From positions 1-20,321 of the forward strand of contig JANPLU010000130.1 of NCBI GenBank assembly GCA_031422435.1: 20,321 nucleotides of DNA, read 5' to 3'. How positions within the stretch are numbered: the first letter of the stretch is position 1; each line of letters begins with the position of its first letter. Source of the DNA: Acaryochloridaceae cyanobacterium VAR_48_metabat_390 (GTDB lineage: Bacteria; Cyanobacteriota; Cyanobacteriia; Thermosynechococcales; Thermosynechococcaceae). A program made the translations under genes and the position numbers. Under the pieces are notes generated by a model that was given only the letters and a program-made list of their open reading frames with translations, searched no databases and was not told the DNA's origin. This document shows positions 9,446-17,729 of the stretch, in pieces.

Positions 9446-9987
9446 TTACTTAACTGTTCTAATAGCGGAGTCATTCATAGCTTTTAGTAATTTTTTATAT
9501 TGCTTAATAATTGTTTTTTGTTGGTCAACCACAGGAATACTTGGCTTGAATCCAGAAGTCATATCTCCAATTAAAGCGTAAATTGATTTCATAAATGGCT
9601 CAGAAAATTCATCGATTTTATTATCTTTCAAAACTATCTCGTTCATAATTGATGAAGTAATTATCGTCAATTCAATATTATTAGCTAAATCATTTAGCAT
9701 CTTTATATCTGTATCATTTTCAATCTTTCCAGTAGATTCATATTTTTTTGCCAGACCAGAGATAAATATCCTCTCAGATATATTAGCAAAGATTTACGCT
9801 GTTCAATAATAGAATCTGAATAAGAATTTAAAATAACTGTCCGACGGTTGTTAGTTTGTTCATGCGAAGTCCAAAAAGATTGAAAAGCGGAAATTGCAAG
9901 GGCTGCAATAATTCCAAAAATTAATTTATCGATAAGATTAAGAAGTAATTTTTCACTGAATCCATCAGGCTTAAAATTGATTTTCAT
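9446..9987 (-). pseudogene. Frameshift-split hypothetical membrane-anchored protein (about 180 aa if rejoined)
   Basis: ORFs 9703..9987 and 9446..9700 are offset by one frame; the downstream frame is open back to ~9793; an A7 run (T7 at 9743-9749) lies in the overlap; N-terminal hydrophobic helix LIFGIIAALAISAF. Confidence 0.6.
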
Positions 9988-10160
9988 TAATTAATTAAAA
10001 AACAAATATGAAGTTTATATGATTAAAATCAAGGATTTTCGGAATCTTAACGGAAAGTATTTTTTGAACACAAAAAGAAAAAAGATTTGCAAGTAAAGCT
10101 TGAGAGGCTTATGGAAAGAGTCATTAGTATTGTTTTTAATTCAAGCTCGGAAGAGCTAAT

Positions 10161-10730
10161 TCAATCAATAGTTTTAATCTTCCAACTAAATTTACCAGCA
10201 GTTAAAATCCATTGAAAATCTTTTGTTGGCTGAAAATCATCCGCACGGTGATGATAAATAAAAGTAGAGGGATTTTTTAGATCAGAAACTATATAATTTC
10301 TGACAAGTTTTTTATTTCGGTCTAAAACCATCACTCGAATTGGCACCTTTGAATTTCTAAAAGTATTTCCGAAATCAAACACCATTACGATGGCAGCTCT
10401 AGGCAAGCTTTCGTTTGCTTTAGCGTATGCATGAATAGGTCTTAGAAGCTTATTTCCAAGAGGGAAACTTTCATCCTCACTTGTCAAGGCATTAGTTCGA
10501 CTTGTACGTCGGTTCTTTTTAAAATTTAAAATATCGCTGTCCAATAGTTGTGGGCATCTTCGAGTGTATCCATCCGGAGAACAGGCTTCCTGTGCAGCAA
10601 CTAAAAACATAGTTAATGATATTGTTGGCAGCTCGTTCGCATCGACACTGTAAGGAGTAAAAATAACAGGAGTGAAGATAAAACAAGTTAGTTTTTTAAT
10701 TAAAGATAGATAAAACTTTGAATTAAACAT
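10161..10730 (-). CDS. Hypothetical protein, probably exported
   Basis: 189-aa ORF, long for AT-rich DNA; basic then hydrophobic N-terminus ending VDA; no family recognised. Confidence 0.7.
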   Translation of the reverse strand: MFNSKFYLSLIKKLTCFIFTPVIFTPYSVDANELPTISLTMFLVAAQEACSPDGYTRRCPQLLDSDILNFKKNRRTSRTNALTSEDESFPLGNKLLRPIHAYAKANESLPRAAIVMVFDFGNTFRNSKVPIRVMVLDRNKKLVRNYIVSDLKNPSTFIYHHRADDFQPTKDFQWILTAGKFSWKIKTID

Positions 10731-11104
10731 TTCTTTTCAGTAAGTAAAACAGAAATTTAACATAAAATTTTGCGATTGTAAATTAAATTGTTTTTATTCA
10801 ATAGAAAATACATCTATCGCAACTGAGAATCATTTATGAGAACTACAAAGTCCTGAAATTCTTGCTCTAAAAGAAATCTAGGCTGAATACTTCTCATGAG
10901 TTAGCTCAGACTAACATAAACTACATTTCGCTAATTCATCTGGCAAAAAATTAGCGCGAAGTGACAAGAATCGTAAAGCGATCTCAGCCACATAGAGAAC
11001 GCCTAATTTTAGATATTATGGCTAGCGTTAATATTGCACACTCAAGAATCAAAAAATGTATCTAACCAAACGGTAAAACGCTGTATCCATAAATGGCAAC
11101 GTAA

Positions 11105-11680
11105 CTAATCCATCAGTCCTGAACAATCTAAGACAAACCCAGACAAAATATTTTCTCCAGATAAACTAGCTGGAGAATACAGAACCTCAACGTCCTTTTC
11201 AGCGCGATAGATTTCTACCGCTTTATCTTTAGCATTCAAGAGCCAGCCTAGCTGCACCCCGTTGTCCATACATTCCTGCATTTTTTCCTGCAAAGGTTTC
11301 AGGCGATCCGTTGCAGAGCGTAGATCAATTACAAAATCTGGCGCTAACGGCAAAAACGTATTAGGGTCAGGGTTAAGCGCATCTAAACGTTCTTGTCTAA
11401 CCCAAGCGACATCCGGCGATCGAATGGCACCATTGGGTAGGGTAAATCCCGTAGAAGAGTCAAAAGCTATACCAAGCTTTGCCTGTCGATTCCATGCCCA
11501 AAGTTGCCCAGACACATCGAAATTTCGTGTTCCCGATTCCCATCCTGTGGGCGACATCGCAATCAATTCTCCTGTAGCTGTAAGCTCAAAACGGAGATCG
11601 GGGTTTGCCTGGCAGAGTTCCTGAAATTGCTCATTGGTGATTCTGCTTATAGCCTCTAAATTAAGCGTTAGGGCAGTCAT
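11105..11680 (-). CDS. Uma2 family endonuclease (DUF820)
   Basis: ELTATGELIAMSP, FDSSTGFTLPNGAIRSPDVAWV, APDFVI-LRS, NGVQLGWL, LSGENILSGFVLD. Confidence 0.93.
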   Translation of the reverse strand: MTALTLNLEAISRITNEQFQELCQANPDLRFELTATGELIAMSPTGWESGTRNFDVSGQLWAWNRQAKLGIAFDSSTGFTLPNGAIRSPDVAWVRQERLDALNPDPNTFLPLAPDFVIDLRSATDRLKPLQEKMQECMDNGVQLGWLLNAKDKAVEIYRAEKDVEVLYSPASLSGENILSGFVLDCSGLMD

Positions 11681-11732
11681 AGGGTGGCCTTAGAACTTGG
11701 CTAGTGACAGCTTAACATTGCAAACCGCTGCT

Positions 11733-11769
11733 AAAAAGTGTGAGGGGTAGACCTAAAAATCTACCCTCA
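11733..11769 (-). terminator. Intrinsic terminator downstream of the glutathione peroxidase gene
   Basis: Minus strand TGAGGGTAGA-tttttagg-TCTACCCCTCA (one bulge) followed by cacTTTTT, 8 nt after the stop. Confidence 0.65.
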
Positions 11770-11777
11770 TCAATGTT

Positions 11778-12272
11778 TTACAGCAGTTTTTGGATTGCTT
11801 TATCTAAATCTTCTGGCTTAGCTAACGAAGCATAGCGCTCGACCACCTTGCCATTGCGATCAACTAAAAATTTCGTGAAGTTCCATTTAACAGTTTCGGT
11901 ACCAAATAGGCCAGGTGCAGCCTTAGTCAAATACTGGAATAACGGATGGGCATCTTTACCATTCACATCAACCTTCTGAAATAGCGGAAACGTTACACCA
12001 AAGCGCGTTTCGCAAAAAGACTGAATGTCTGAAGCGCTCCCTGGCTCCTGCTGCCCAAACTGATTACAGGGAAAACCCAGAATTTCTAATCCCTGGCTGG
12101 CGTACTTGTTATAAAGCACCTGAAGCCCCTGATATTGAGGCGTAAAGCCACACTGACTAGCGGTATTGACAATCAGCAGAACCTTGTTTTTATAAGCGCT
12201 GAGGTTAAGGGGCTGTCCTGAAAGGGTAGTGACAGAAAAATCGTAAATGGATGGGGCTAGTTGAGTGGTCAT
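11778..12272 (-). CDS. gpx: Glutathione peroxidase family protein (Cys type, BtuE/Gpx-like)
   Basis: VNTASQCGFTPQY, LGFPCNQFGQQEPG, KWNFTKFLV motifs. Confidence 0.95.
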   Translation of the reverse strand: MTTQLAPSIYDFSVTTLSGQPLNLSAYKNKVLLIVNTASQCGFTPQYQGLQVLYNKYASQGLEILGFPCNQFGQQEPGSASDIQSFCETRFGVTFPLFQKVDVNGKDAHPLFQYLTKAAPGLFGTETVKWNFTKFLVDRNGKVVERYASLAKPEDLDKAIQKLL

Positions 12273-12306
12273 ACTGATAAGGACTCAATAAAACTACATC
12301 ATTGCG

Positions 12307-13512
12307 TTACGCTGATTTTATCACTGACCATTGGGTTACGGTGGCAAGCGATCGCCATCCCAAAAATTTCCCCACGGGTTCTGCTCGCTGGATACCAATG
12401 CGGGTGAAGGTTCCGCCCAATTGCTGATGCCATTCAAATAGGGTTTGTTCGCCCTCAAGGGTGACAACATTAGCGGCCAAGCGACCGCCTGGCTTTAGGG
12501 CACTCCAGCAGGCTTCCAGCATTCCTTGTGCTGTTACGCCGCCCCCAATAAAAATCGCGTCGGGTGGGGGCAGGTCTTTCAAGGCAGCGGGTGCAGTGCC
12601 TTCTATAATTTGCAAATTCGGCGTACCGAGGGTGGCGGCATTCTCTGCAATCAAGGCAGTTCTGGACTTTTCGATGGCGATCACCCGACAGCGGGGATGA
12701 CTCCGCATCCATTCAATGGAGATAGAGCCACATCCTGCCCCTACGTCCCACAGGAGTTCCCCTGGCAGGGGCGCTAGGGTAGAGAGCGTAACGGCACGGA
12801 CTTCACGTTTGGTAAGCTGCCCATCGTGGCGGTAGGCATCGTCGGGCAGGCCAGGGCTGCGGGAAAGGGAACACAGGCTGGGGTTGGGGACGCAGTGGAC
12901 GGCAATCGCATTTAAATCTGCGAGATCTGCTTCAGTCCAGTTTTCAGCAATCTCTGAAATCAGACGCTCATGAGGGCCATCCAAGCGTTCTAGTACGGTC
13001 ATAGGGCTAGCGCCAAAGCCGCGCTGGGTGAGTAATTCAGCGACAACTTTGGGGGTATGGCGACCTTCACTTAAAATCAGCAGTTTTGCATTGGAATAAA
13101 GGTACGCGTTTATCAACGTGGGGGGACGGCTGCATAAGCTCAGAGTTTCAACCTCTGTGACTGACCAGCCTAAGCGCGCACAGGCAAGGCTAAAGGTAGA
13201 GAGAGCCGGAATAATCGTCATTTCGGCAATGGGGATGTGCCGTAGTAGCGTTACGCCAATGCCAAAACAGAGCGGGTCGCCGCTGGCTAAAACACAGACG
13301 TTTTGACCTTTTCGCTTCAGAATTTCAGCAATGGAGTTATGAATGGGAGAAGCCCAAGTCAGTCGCTCCCGTGAGTCTGGGGGAATGAAGGAAAGATGGC
13401 GATCGCCCCCGACTAGGACATCAGCAGCATTGAGGAGCGATCGCGCCACGGGACTCAGCCCGACCAGTCCACTTTCTCCAATCCCTACTACAGAGAGCCA
13501 TTGTTGTGCCAT
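12307..13512 (-). CDS. cbiE: Bifunctional precorrin-6Y C5,15-methyltransferase (decarboxylating), CbiE/CbiT fusion (CobL-like)
   Basis: SVVGIG, LASGDPLCFGIG, LTKREVRAVTLSTL, LWDVGAGCGSISIEW, PDAIFIGGG. Start set at ATG 13512 because the longer ORF overlaps the divergent gene. Confidence 0.93.
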   Translation of the reverse strand: MAQQWLSVVGIGESGLVGLSPVARSLLNAADVLVGGDRHLSFIPPDSRERLTWASPIHNSIAEILKRKGQNVCVLASGDPLCFGIGVTLLRHIPIAEMTIIPALSTFSLACARLGWSVTEVETLSLCSRPPTLINAYLYSNAKLLILSEGRHTPKVVAELLTQRGFGASPMTVLERLDGPHERLISEIAENWTEADLADLNAIAVHCVPNPSLCSLSRSPGLPDDAYRHDGQLTKREVRAVTLSTLAPLPGELLWDVGAGCGSISIEWMRSHPRCRVIAIEKSRTALIAENAATLGTPNLQIIEGTAPAALKDLPPPDAIFIGGGVTAQGMLEACWSALKPGGRLAANVVTLEGEQTLFEWHQQLGGTFTRIGIQRAEPVGKFLGWRSLATVTQWSVIKSA

Positions 13513-13599
13513 AGCTTTGTACAATGCTGTTTTTGACCCTACAGTTACTGTACTGCCCAATAGGGTAAGCATTATTCGAGAGCATGATATGGAAATAGC

Positions 13600-14106
13600 A
13601 TGGAACAGCATCAGGCAGATTCATCGCCAGTCTCGGCAACAGAACCCGACTGGAGCCGAGAAATCCCTTCTCGGTGGTGGGATCCTTCTCGTCAGCTCAT
13701 CCAATCTCTGCGGTGCTATCAAAAGTGGCAGGGGAAAGGTGGCATTTTAGGGTGGTATTTCTCAAAGCTTAGCGTTTTGCAGCATCGGTTTTGGAGCGTA
13801 GTGACTGGCGCAGATATCCCGCTCAACTGCCAGATTGGCGGCGGCTTTTTAATGGTTCACCCCAATGGTGTGGTGATTCATCCTGACTGCCGCATTGGAC
13901 CTAACTGTCTCTTTCTTCAGCAAGTGACGGTGGTTGCAGCAGTTGAGATTGGGGGACATGTCGATATTGGGGCGGGGGCAAAAATTATCCGGCCTGTCAC
14001 TATTGGAGATCATGCCAAAATTGGTGCCAATGCCGTTGTGCTTTGCAATGTGCCTGCGGGGGCAACTGCGGTGGGAGTGCCAGCACAAATTATTAACCCA
14101 AACTAA
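13600..14106 (+). CDS. Serine acetyltransferase-like hexapeptide-repeat acetyltransferase
   Basis: TGADIP..IGGG...HPNGVVIH..IGPNC...QQVT, IGAGAKII, IGANAVV..VPAGATAVGVPA; short N-terminus, so not a canonical full-length CysE. Confidence 0.85.
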   Translation: MEQHQADSSPVSATEPDWSREIPSRWWDPSRQLIQSLRCYQKWQGKGGILGWYFSKLSVLQHRFWSVVTGADIPLNCQIGGGFLMVHPNGVVIHPDCRIGPNCLFLQQVTVVAAVEIGGHVDIGAGAKIIRPVTIGDHAKIGANAVVLCNVPAGATAVGVPAQIINPN

Positions 14107-14202
14107 TGGTTCAGACTTAGCAAAAATCTGCGCTCTAACGAGGCTAAGAAACCCCTGTAAAACGCAGACTGTGCATAAATAATTAGACTGAAGGATGGAA
14201 AA

Positions 14203-14276
14203 CGGGCTAGGAGGGATTCGAACCCCCGACACCGTGGTCCGTAGCCACGTGCTCTAGTCCACTGAGCTACAAGCCC
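14203..14276 (-). tRNA. trnR: tRNA-Arg(ACG)
   Basis: GGGCTTGTAGCTCAGTGGACTAGAGCACGTGGCTACGGACCACGGTGTCGGGGGTTCGAATCCCTCCTAGCCCG; anticodon stem CGTGG/CCACG with loop CT-ACG-GA; GTTCGAATC T-loop; CCA not encoded. Confidence 0.97.
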
Positions 14277-14289
14277 ATCCAGAATTAAA

Positions 14290-14317
14290 ATATTAGCACA
14301 TCTCTGGTCTATGACAA
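14290..14317 (-). promoter_or_regulatory. Sigma70-type promoter for tRNA-Arg
   Basis: Minus strand TTGTCA (14317-14312), 16-nt spacer, TGc-TAATAT extended -10 (14295-14290), 13 nt before the tRNA 5' end. Confidence 0.5.
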
Positions 14318-14423
14318 TAGAAACTTTTATCTGTTGCGATTCAAACGTGTAGAGTAGCAGGTCGCAGGATCAGGTTTCAGCACATAAATCGATTAGGCCA
14401 ATTTATCGAACCTCTATCTTTTG

Positions 14424-14472
14424 AATGTAAAGTTTTATGAATTAACTTTTGTGTCCCTCGTTACACTATGAT
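14424..14472 (+). promoter_or_regulatory. Promoter of putative sRNA: reverse-oriented HLR1-like (RpaB) site plus -10
   Basis: AATGTAAA-GT-TTTATGAA (14424-14441; reverse complement TTCATAAA-AC-TTTACATT) and TATGAT at 14467-14472. Confidence 0.45.
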
Positions 14473-14478
14473 GGAAAT

Positions 14479-14597
14479 GTGAAGGAATTATAAAGCTGCT
14501 AAACCGTTGGGGAACGCGCAGGCAGGCTTCCTCCACTTGAAAAATACAACTTGACTTTTTACTTGATAAAGCTGGCTCGTGATGGGGCTAGCTTTTT
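14479..14597 (+). ncRNA. Putative structured small RNA, about 120 nt
   Basis: Upstream -10, 5' stem GTGAAGGAA/TTCCTCCAC enclosing CTGC/GCAG and CGTT/AACG helices, AU-rich linker, plus-strand terminator; no plus-strand protein gene explains the terminator. Confidence 0.55.
14568..14597 (+). terminator. Intrinsic terminator, plus-strand polarity
   Basis: AAAGCTGGCTC-gtgatg-GGGCTAGCTTT then TT; the stem has two G-U pairs that would be A-C mismatches on the minus strand. Confidence 0.7.
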
Positions 14598-15843
14598 ACT
14601 TTGAAGGGGCAGAAGCAGACTGCCGGATGGCTTGCCACAAGGTTTCTAAAGCAGTTTGATACTGGCGATCGCCCTCGCTCACAGACGGCTGCTCTACCGT
14701 TGCCTTTACCGCAATATTGGGCTTAATACCAACCTTGTGAATATTTTGACCATTGGGCGTGAAGTATTTGGCGATTGTGACCAGAACGCCGGAATTATCA
14801 TTGAGTGGCTCAAAGGACTGCACCAGACCTTTGCCAAAGGTCGTGGTGCCTACCAACACAGCTCGTTTGTTGTCCTGAAGGGCGGCAGACAAGACCTCGC
14901 TGGCGCTAGCAGACTGATGATCGACCAGTATGACCAAGGGTTTATTGGTTAAGGCCGCGCTATTTGCCTTTAGCGTTTCTGGTGGGTTGTCGCGCTCTTG
15001 AACCGATAAGATGATGCCCCTAGAGAGCCACATACGGGCGATCGCAATCCCTGCATCTAGCACCCCACCTGGATTACCCCGCAGATCGAGCAGATACCCT
15101 GCCACCTGCTGAGACTCTAAAGTTTTGATGGCAGCTTGCATAGAATCCGAAGATTTTGTTGTAAAAATAGGCAAGCGGATATAGCCGATCTTTCCTGCTT
15201 TAGATGCCGTAGTTTGATAGGTGAGCGGGTTGAGGTTGATATGTTCTCTTACGAGGGCGTAGGAAAGGTTCTCTTTGCCGCGCCGCACCTGAACCGCAAT
15301 TTTGCTGCCCACACTCCCAACAAGGTAAGGCCCCGCTTTAGAGGGATCAATGCTGGGAGTGGATTTTCCATTGAGGCTAACAATGACATCTTGAGGTTTG
15401 AGTCCGGCGATCGCAGCGGGAGACTCTGTAAATGCCTTTTCGACTACCCATTCACGAGTAATAGGGTCTAGGCTGACGGTTAGCCCTACGCCTACAAAAT
15501 CACCCGAGACGTTTTGGGTGAGACCTTTAAGGGCTTCTGGAGTCAAAAAGCGAGTATAGGGGTCACCGAGACTACCCATCATGGTTTCGATAGCGCTGTA
15601 GGCGTCGGCGGTAGAAGAATAGTTGGGCTGGAGAAAACGCGACCTTACGGCAATCCAATCTTGCTTATTAAAACTGCGATCAACGTAGTTACGCTGAACA
15701 ATTTGCCACGCCTGATCAACTAGAGCTTTGGGACTGTCTTTGAGAACTGCTTGAGTAGGAGGGACAGCAATGGGCAGAACCAGCACCCCAATTACTAAGC
15801 GAAGGCTACTCAAATGCTTCCAAGATATAGATCTTAAGGCCAT
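14596..15843 (-). CDS. S41 family carboxyl-terminal processing protease (CtpA/B/C-like)
   Basis: Signal peptide, LGDPYTRFL, PDZ GVGL/SPAAIAGL, DLRGNPGG, SASASE (catalytic Ser), TFGKGLVQ (catalytic Lys). Confidence 0.95.
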   Translation of the reverse strand: MALRSISWKHLSSLRLVIGVLVLPIAVPPTQAVLKDSPKALVDQAWQIVQRNYVDRSFNKQDWIAVRSRFLQPNYSSTADAYSAIETMMGSLGDPYTRFLTPEALKGLTQNVSGDFVGVGLTVSLDPITREWVVEKAFTESPAAIAGLKPQDVIVSLNGKSTPSIDPSKAGPYLVGSVGSKIAVQVRRGKENLSYALVREHINLNPLTYQTTASKAGKIGYIRLPIFTTKSSDSMQAAIKTLESQQVAGYLLDLRGNPGGVLDAGIAIARMWLSRGIILSVQERDNPPETLKANSAALTNKPLVILVDHQSASASEVLSAALQDNKRAVLVGTTTFGKGLVQSFEPLNDNSGVLVTIAKYFTPNGQNIHKVGIKPNIAVKATVEQPSVSEGDRQYQTALETLWQAIRQSASAPSK

Positions 15844-15900
15844 AATTGCTCAAAGATTGAACCGGGTTTGGTCAAGTATCGTACCTGTGAACTAAGCATT

Positions 15901-16773
15901 CTAAAAATACTTTTGCAGCAGAAGCGCCATCTTTTCCTTTGTCGCTTCTGGAACTTGGGCTAAGGGCGTAATAATGGCGTACTTGAGAGCATCATGCGCT
16001 TTAGAAACGGGATAAGCTGCACTCAACCGCCTAACACTTTCTTGAATCACTCGCTGGGCATTTTGGGCATTCTTTTGCAAATTCTGAATCACCATTTCGA
16101 CGGTGACGCTGTCATGATCAGGATGCCAGCAGTCGTAGTCTGTGGCAAGGGCGAGGGTGGCATAGGCAATTTCTGCTTCACGCGCTAGCTTTGCCTCTTG
16201 GAGGTTGGTCATGCCAATAATGTTTCCACCCCAGCTTCTGTATAGGTTTGACTCGGCTTTGGTAGAAAATGCAGGACCTTCCATACATACATAGGTGCCG
16301 CCTCGATGCAGGGTGACGTTTTCTAACTGAAGGGATTCAACGGCATCTCCTAAAATTTGGGCAACTGCCCTACAGATGGGTTCGCCAAAGCTGATGTGAC
16401 CCACGATGCCTTCGCCAAAAAAGGTCGAAACGCGATGACGGGTGCGATCAATAAACTGATCGGGAATCACCATATCCAGCGGCTTGATTTCTGCCTGAAG
16501 GGAACCCACGGCTGAAGCGGAGATAATATATTCAACGCCTAGGGACTTGAGGGCGTAAATGTTGGCACGAAAGGGCAGTTCTGTGGGCATTAGGGTGTGA
16601 TGTCGTCCATGACGCGCTAAAAATGCAACCCGGGTGCCGTCTAAAGTGCCCAGGATAACAGCATCAGATGGGGAGCCAAAGGGCGTATCAATCTGGATTT
16701 CTTCAATATCCTTGAGGGCTTCCATTTTATAGAGACCGCTGCCCCCAATAATGCCTATCTTTGCTTCAGCCAT
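15901..16773 (-). CDS. mtnP: S-methyl-5'-thioadenosine phosphorylase
   Basis: [49 protein letters not shown] at 16773 preferred over GTG at 16788. Confidence 0.95.
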   Translation of the reverse strand: MAEAKIGIIGGSGLYKMEALKDIEEIQIDTPFGSPSDAVILGTLDGTRVAFLARHGRHHTLMPTELPFRANIYALKSLGVEYIISASAVGSLQAEIKPLDMVIPDQFIDRTRHRVSTFFGEGIVGHISFGEPICRAVAQILGDAVESLQLENVTLHRGGTYVCMEGPAFSTKAESNLYRSWGGNIIGMTNLQEAKLAREAEIAYATLALATDYDCWHPDHDSVTVEMVIQNLQKNAQNAQRVIQESVRRLSAAYPVSKAHDALKYAIITPLAQVPEATKEKMALLLQKYF

Positions 16774-16987
16774 CGCTTTGTTGCCCACGTATTGGTTTGT
16801 TCCTTTTGTAGTTTAAGAGGGGAAGGCTTTTTTGCAAATGACGTTTGAAGTGAGGAATGGTGTGACGTCCGAGACAGTGTTGGCATTTACTCCATCAATT
16901 AATTGCAGTTTCGTTACGTTTCAGGTCATCTTCAAGCACAAGGTCTGATGTTCCTTATAGTAGGAAGAGTTGCGCGCCTCAGTGTTT

Positions 16988-17725
16988 ATGCCTAGCGTCC
17001 CTTCCCTTTCTCTTCGTCAGCAGCTTCATCCTTTACTGCATCAGTGGGCAGAACAGATTGAATTGACTTGGCAGCGCTACCTAGATCTTTCGCCCTATCA
17101 GCTCCCCGATGAGTTTGGGTACATTGAGGGGCGCTTAGAGGGCCAAAAGCTGGTTATTGAAAACCGCTGCTACCAAACGCCGCAGTTTCGGAAGCTGCAT
17201 TTAGAAATTGCGCGGGTGGGCGACAGGCTCGATATTTTGCACTGCGTGATGTTCCCTCGGCCTGATTACGCCTTGCCTATGTTTGGCACCGATATTGTAG
17301 GAACCCGTGGTCAGGTTAGTGCGGCGATCGCCGACCTCTCTCCCATCAGTCAAGATCGCATTTTGCCCAATGCCTATCGCGCTGACCTGAGCGCCCTGCC
17401 GAAGCACAATTTTTCGCAGCCCCGCGATTTGCCAACCTGGGGCGACATTTTCTCTGAGTTTTGCCTCTTTGTGCGCCCGATGGACTCAGAAGAAGAGGCG
17501 ATGTTTCTAGACCGCGCAGGGGCATTTTTGGCGATTCACTGCCAACAGGCGATCGCCGCTCACCCTGTCTCTGTGATAGAGCAATCTCAGGTGCTGGCAG
17601 GGCAGCGCTACTACTGTGAAAAGCAGCAGCGCAATGACAAAACCCGTCGGGTCTTAGAATCTGCCTTTGGCACAGAATGGGCAGATCGCTATATGACCAC
17701 CGTGCTGTTTGATTTACCAGAATAG
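16988..17725 (+). CDS. pcyA: Phycocyanobilin:ferredoxin oxidoreductase
   Basis: FRKLHLE, LDILHCVMFP, LPMFGTDIV, SAAIADLSP, YCEKQQRNDKTRRVLE; start at ATG 16988 (TTG 16970 also possible). Confidence 0.95.
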   Translation: MPSVPSLSLRQQLHPLLHQWAEQIELTWQRYLDLSPYQLPDEFGYIEGRLEGQKLVIENRCYQTPQFRKLHLEIARVGDRLDILHCVMFPRPDYALPMFGTDIVGTRGQVSAAIADLSPISQDRILPNAYRADLSALPKHNFSQPRDLPTWGDIFSEFCLFVRPMDSEEEAMFLDRAGAFLAIHCQQAIAAHPVSVIEQSQVLAGQRYYCEKQQRNDKTRRVLESAFGTEWADRYMTTVLFDLPE

Positions 17726-17729
17726 AAGT

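Noticed and set aside
10821..10840. Possible Fur box TGAGAATCATTTATG
   Set aside because: Only one half-site fits, and such matches are common in AT-rich DNA
11105..11680. Uma2 as a defence nuclease, or as a degenerate copy (IDLRS instead of the usual ELRS)
   Set aside because: Uma2 paralogs are very abundant in cyanobacteria, there is no methylase or partner gene, and E to D is conservative
12130..12170. Selenocysteine in glutathione peroxidase
   Set aside because: The active-site codon is TGT (Cys), not TGA
13513..13611. N-terminal extension of CbiE/T given in the ORF track
   Set aside because: It overlaps the divergent gene start, and the recognisable domain begins at MAQQWLSVVGIG (13512)
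14107..14276. tRNA-Arg as integration site of an island, and its U-U acceptor-stem mismatch
   Set aside because: No duplicated tRNA 3' end or integrase was seen and core genes lie downstream; a single acceptor mismatch does not indicate a pseudo-tRNA
5896..16773. Apparent sulfur/thiol theme (sir, gpx, SAT-like, MTA phosphorylase) as one system
   Set aside because: The genes are scattered, on different strands and interleaved with unrelated genes, as is typical of cyanobacterial gene order
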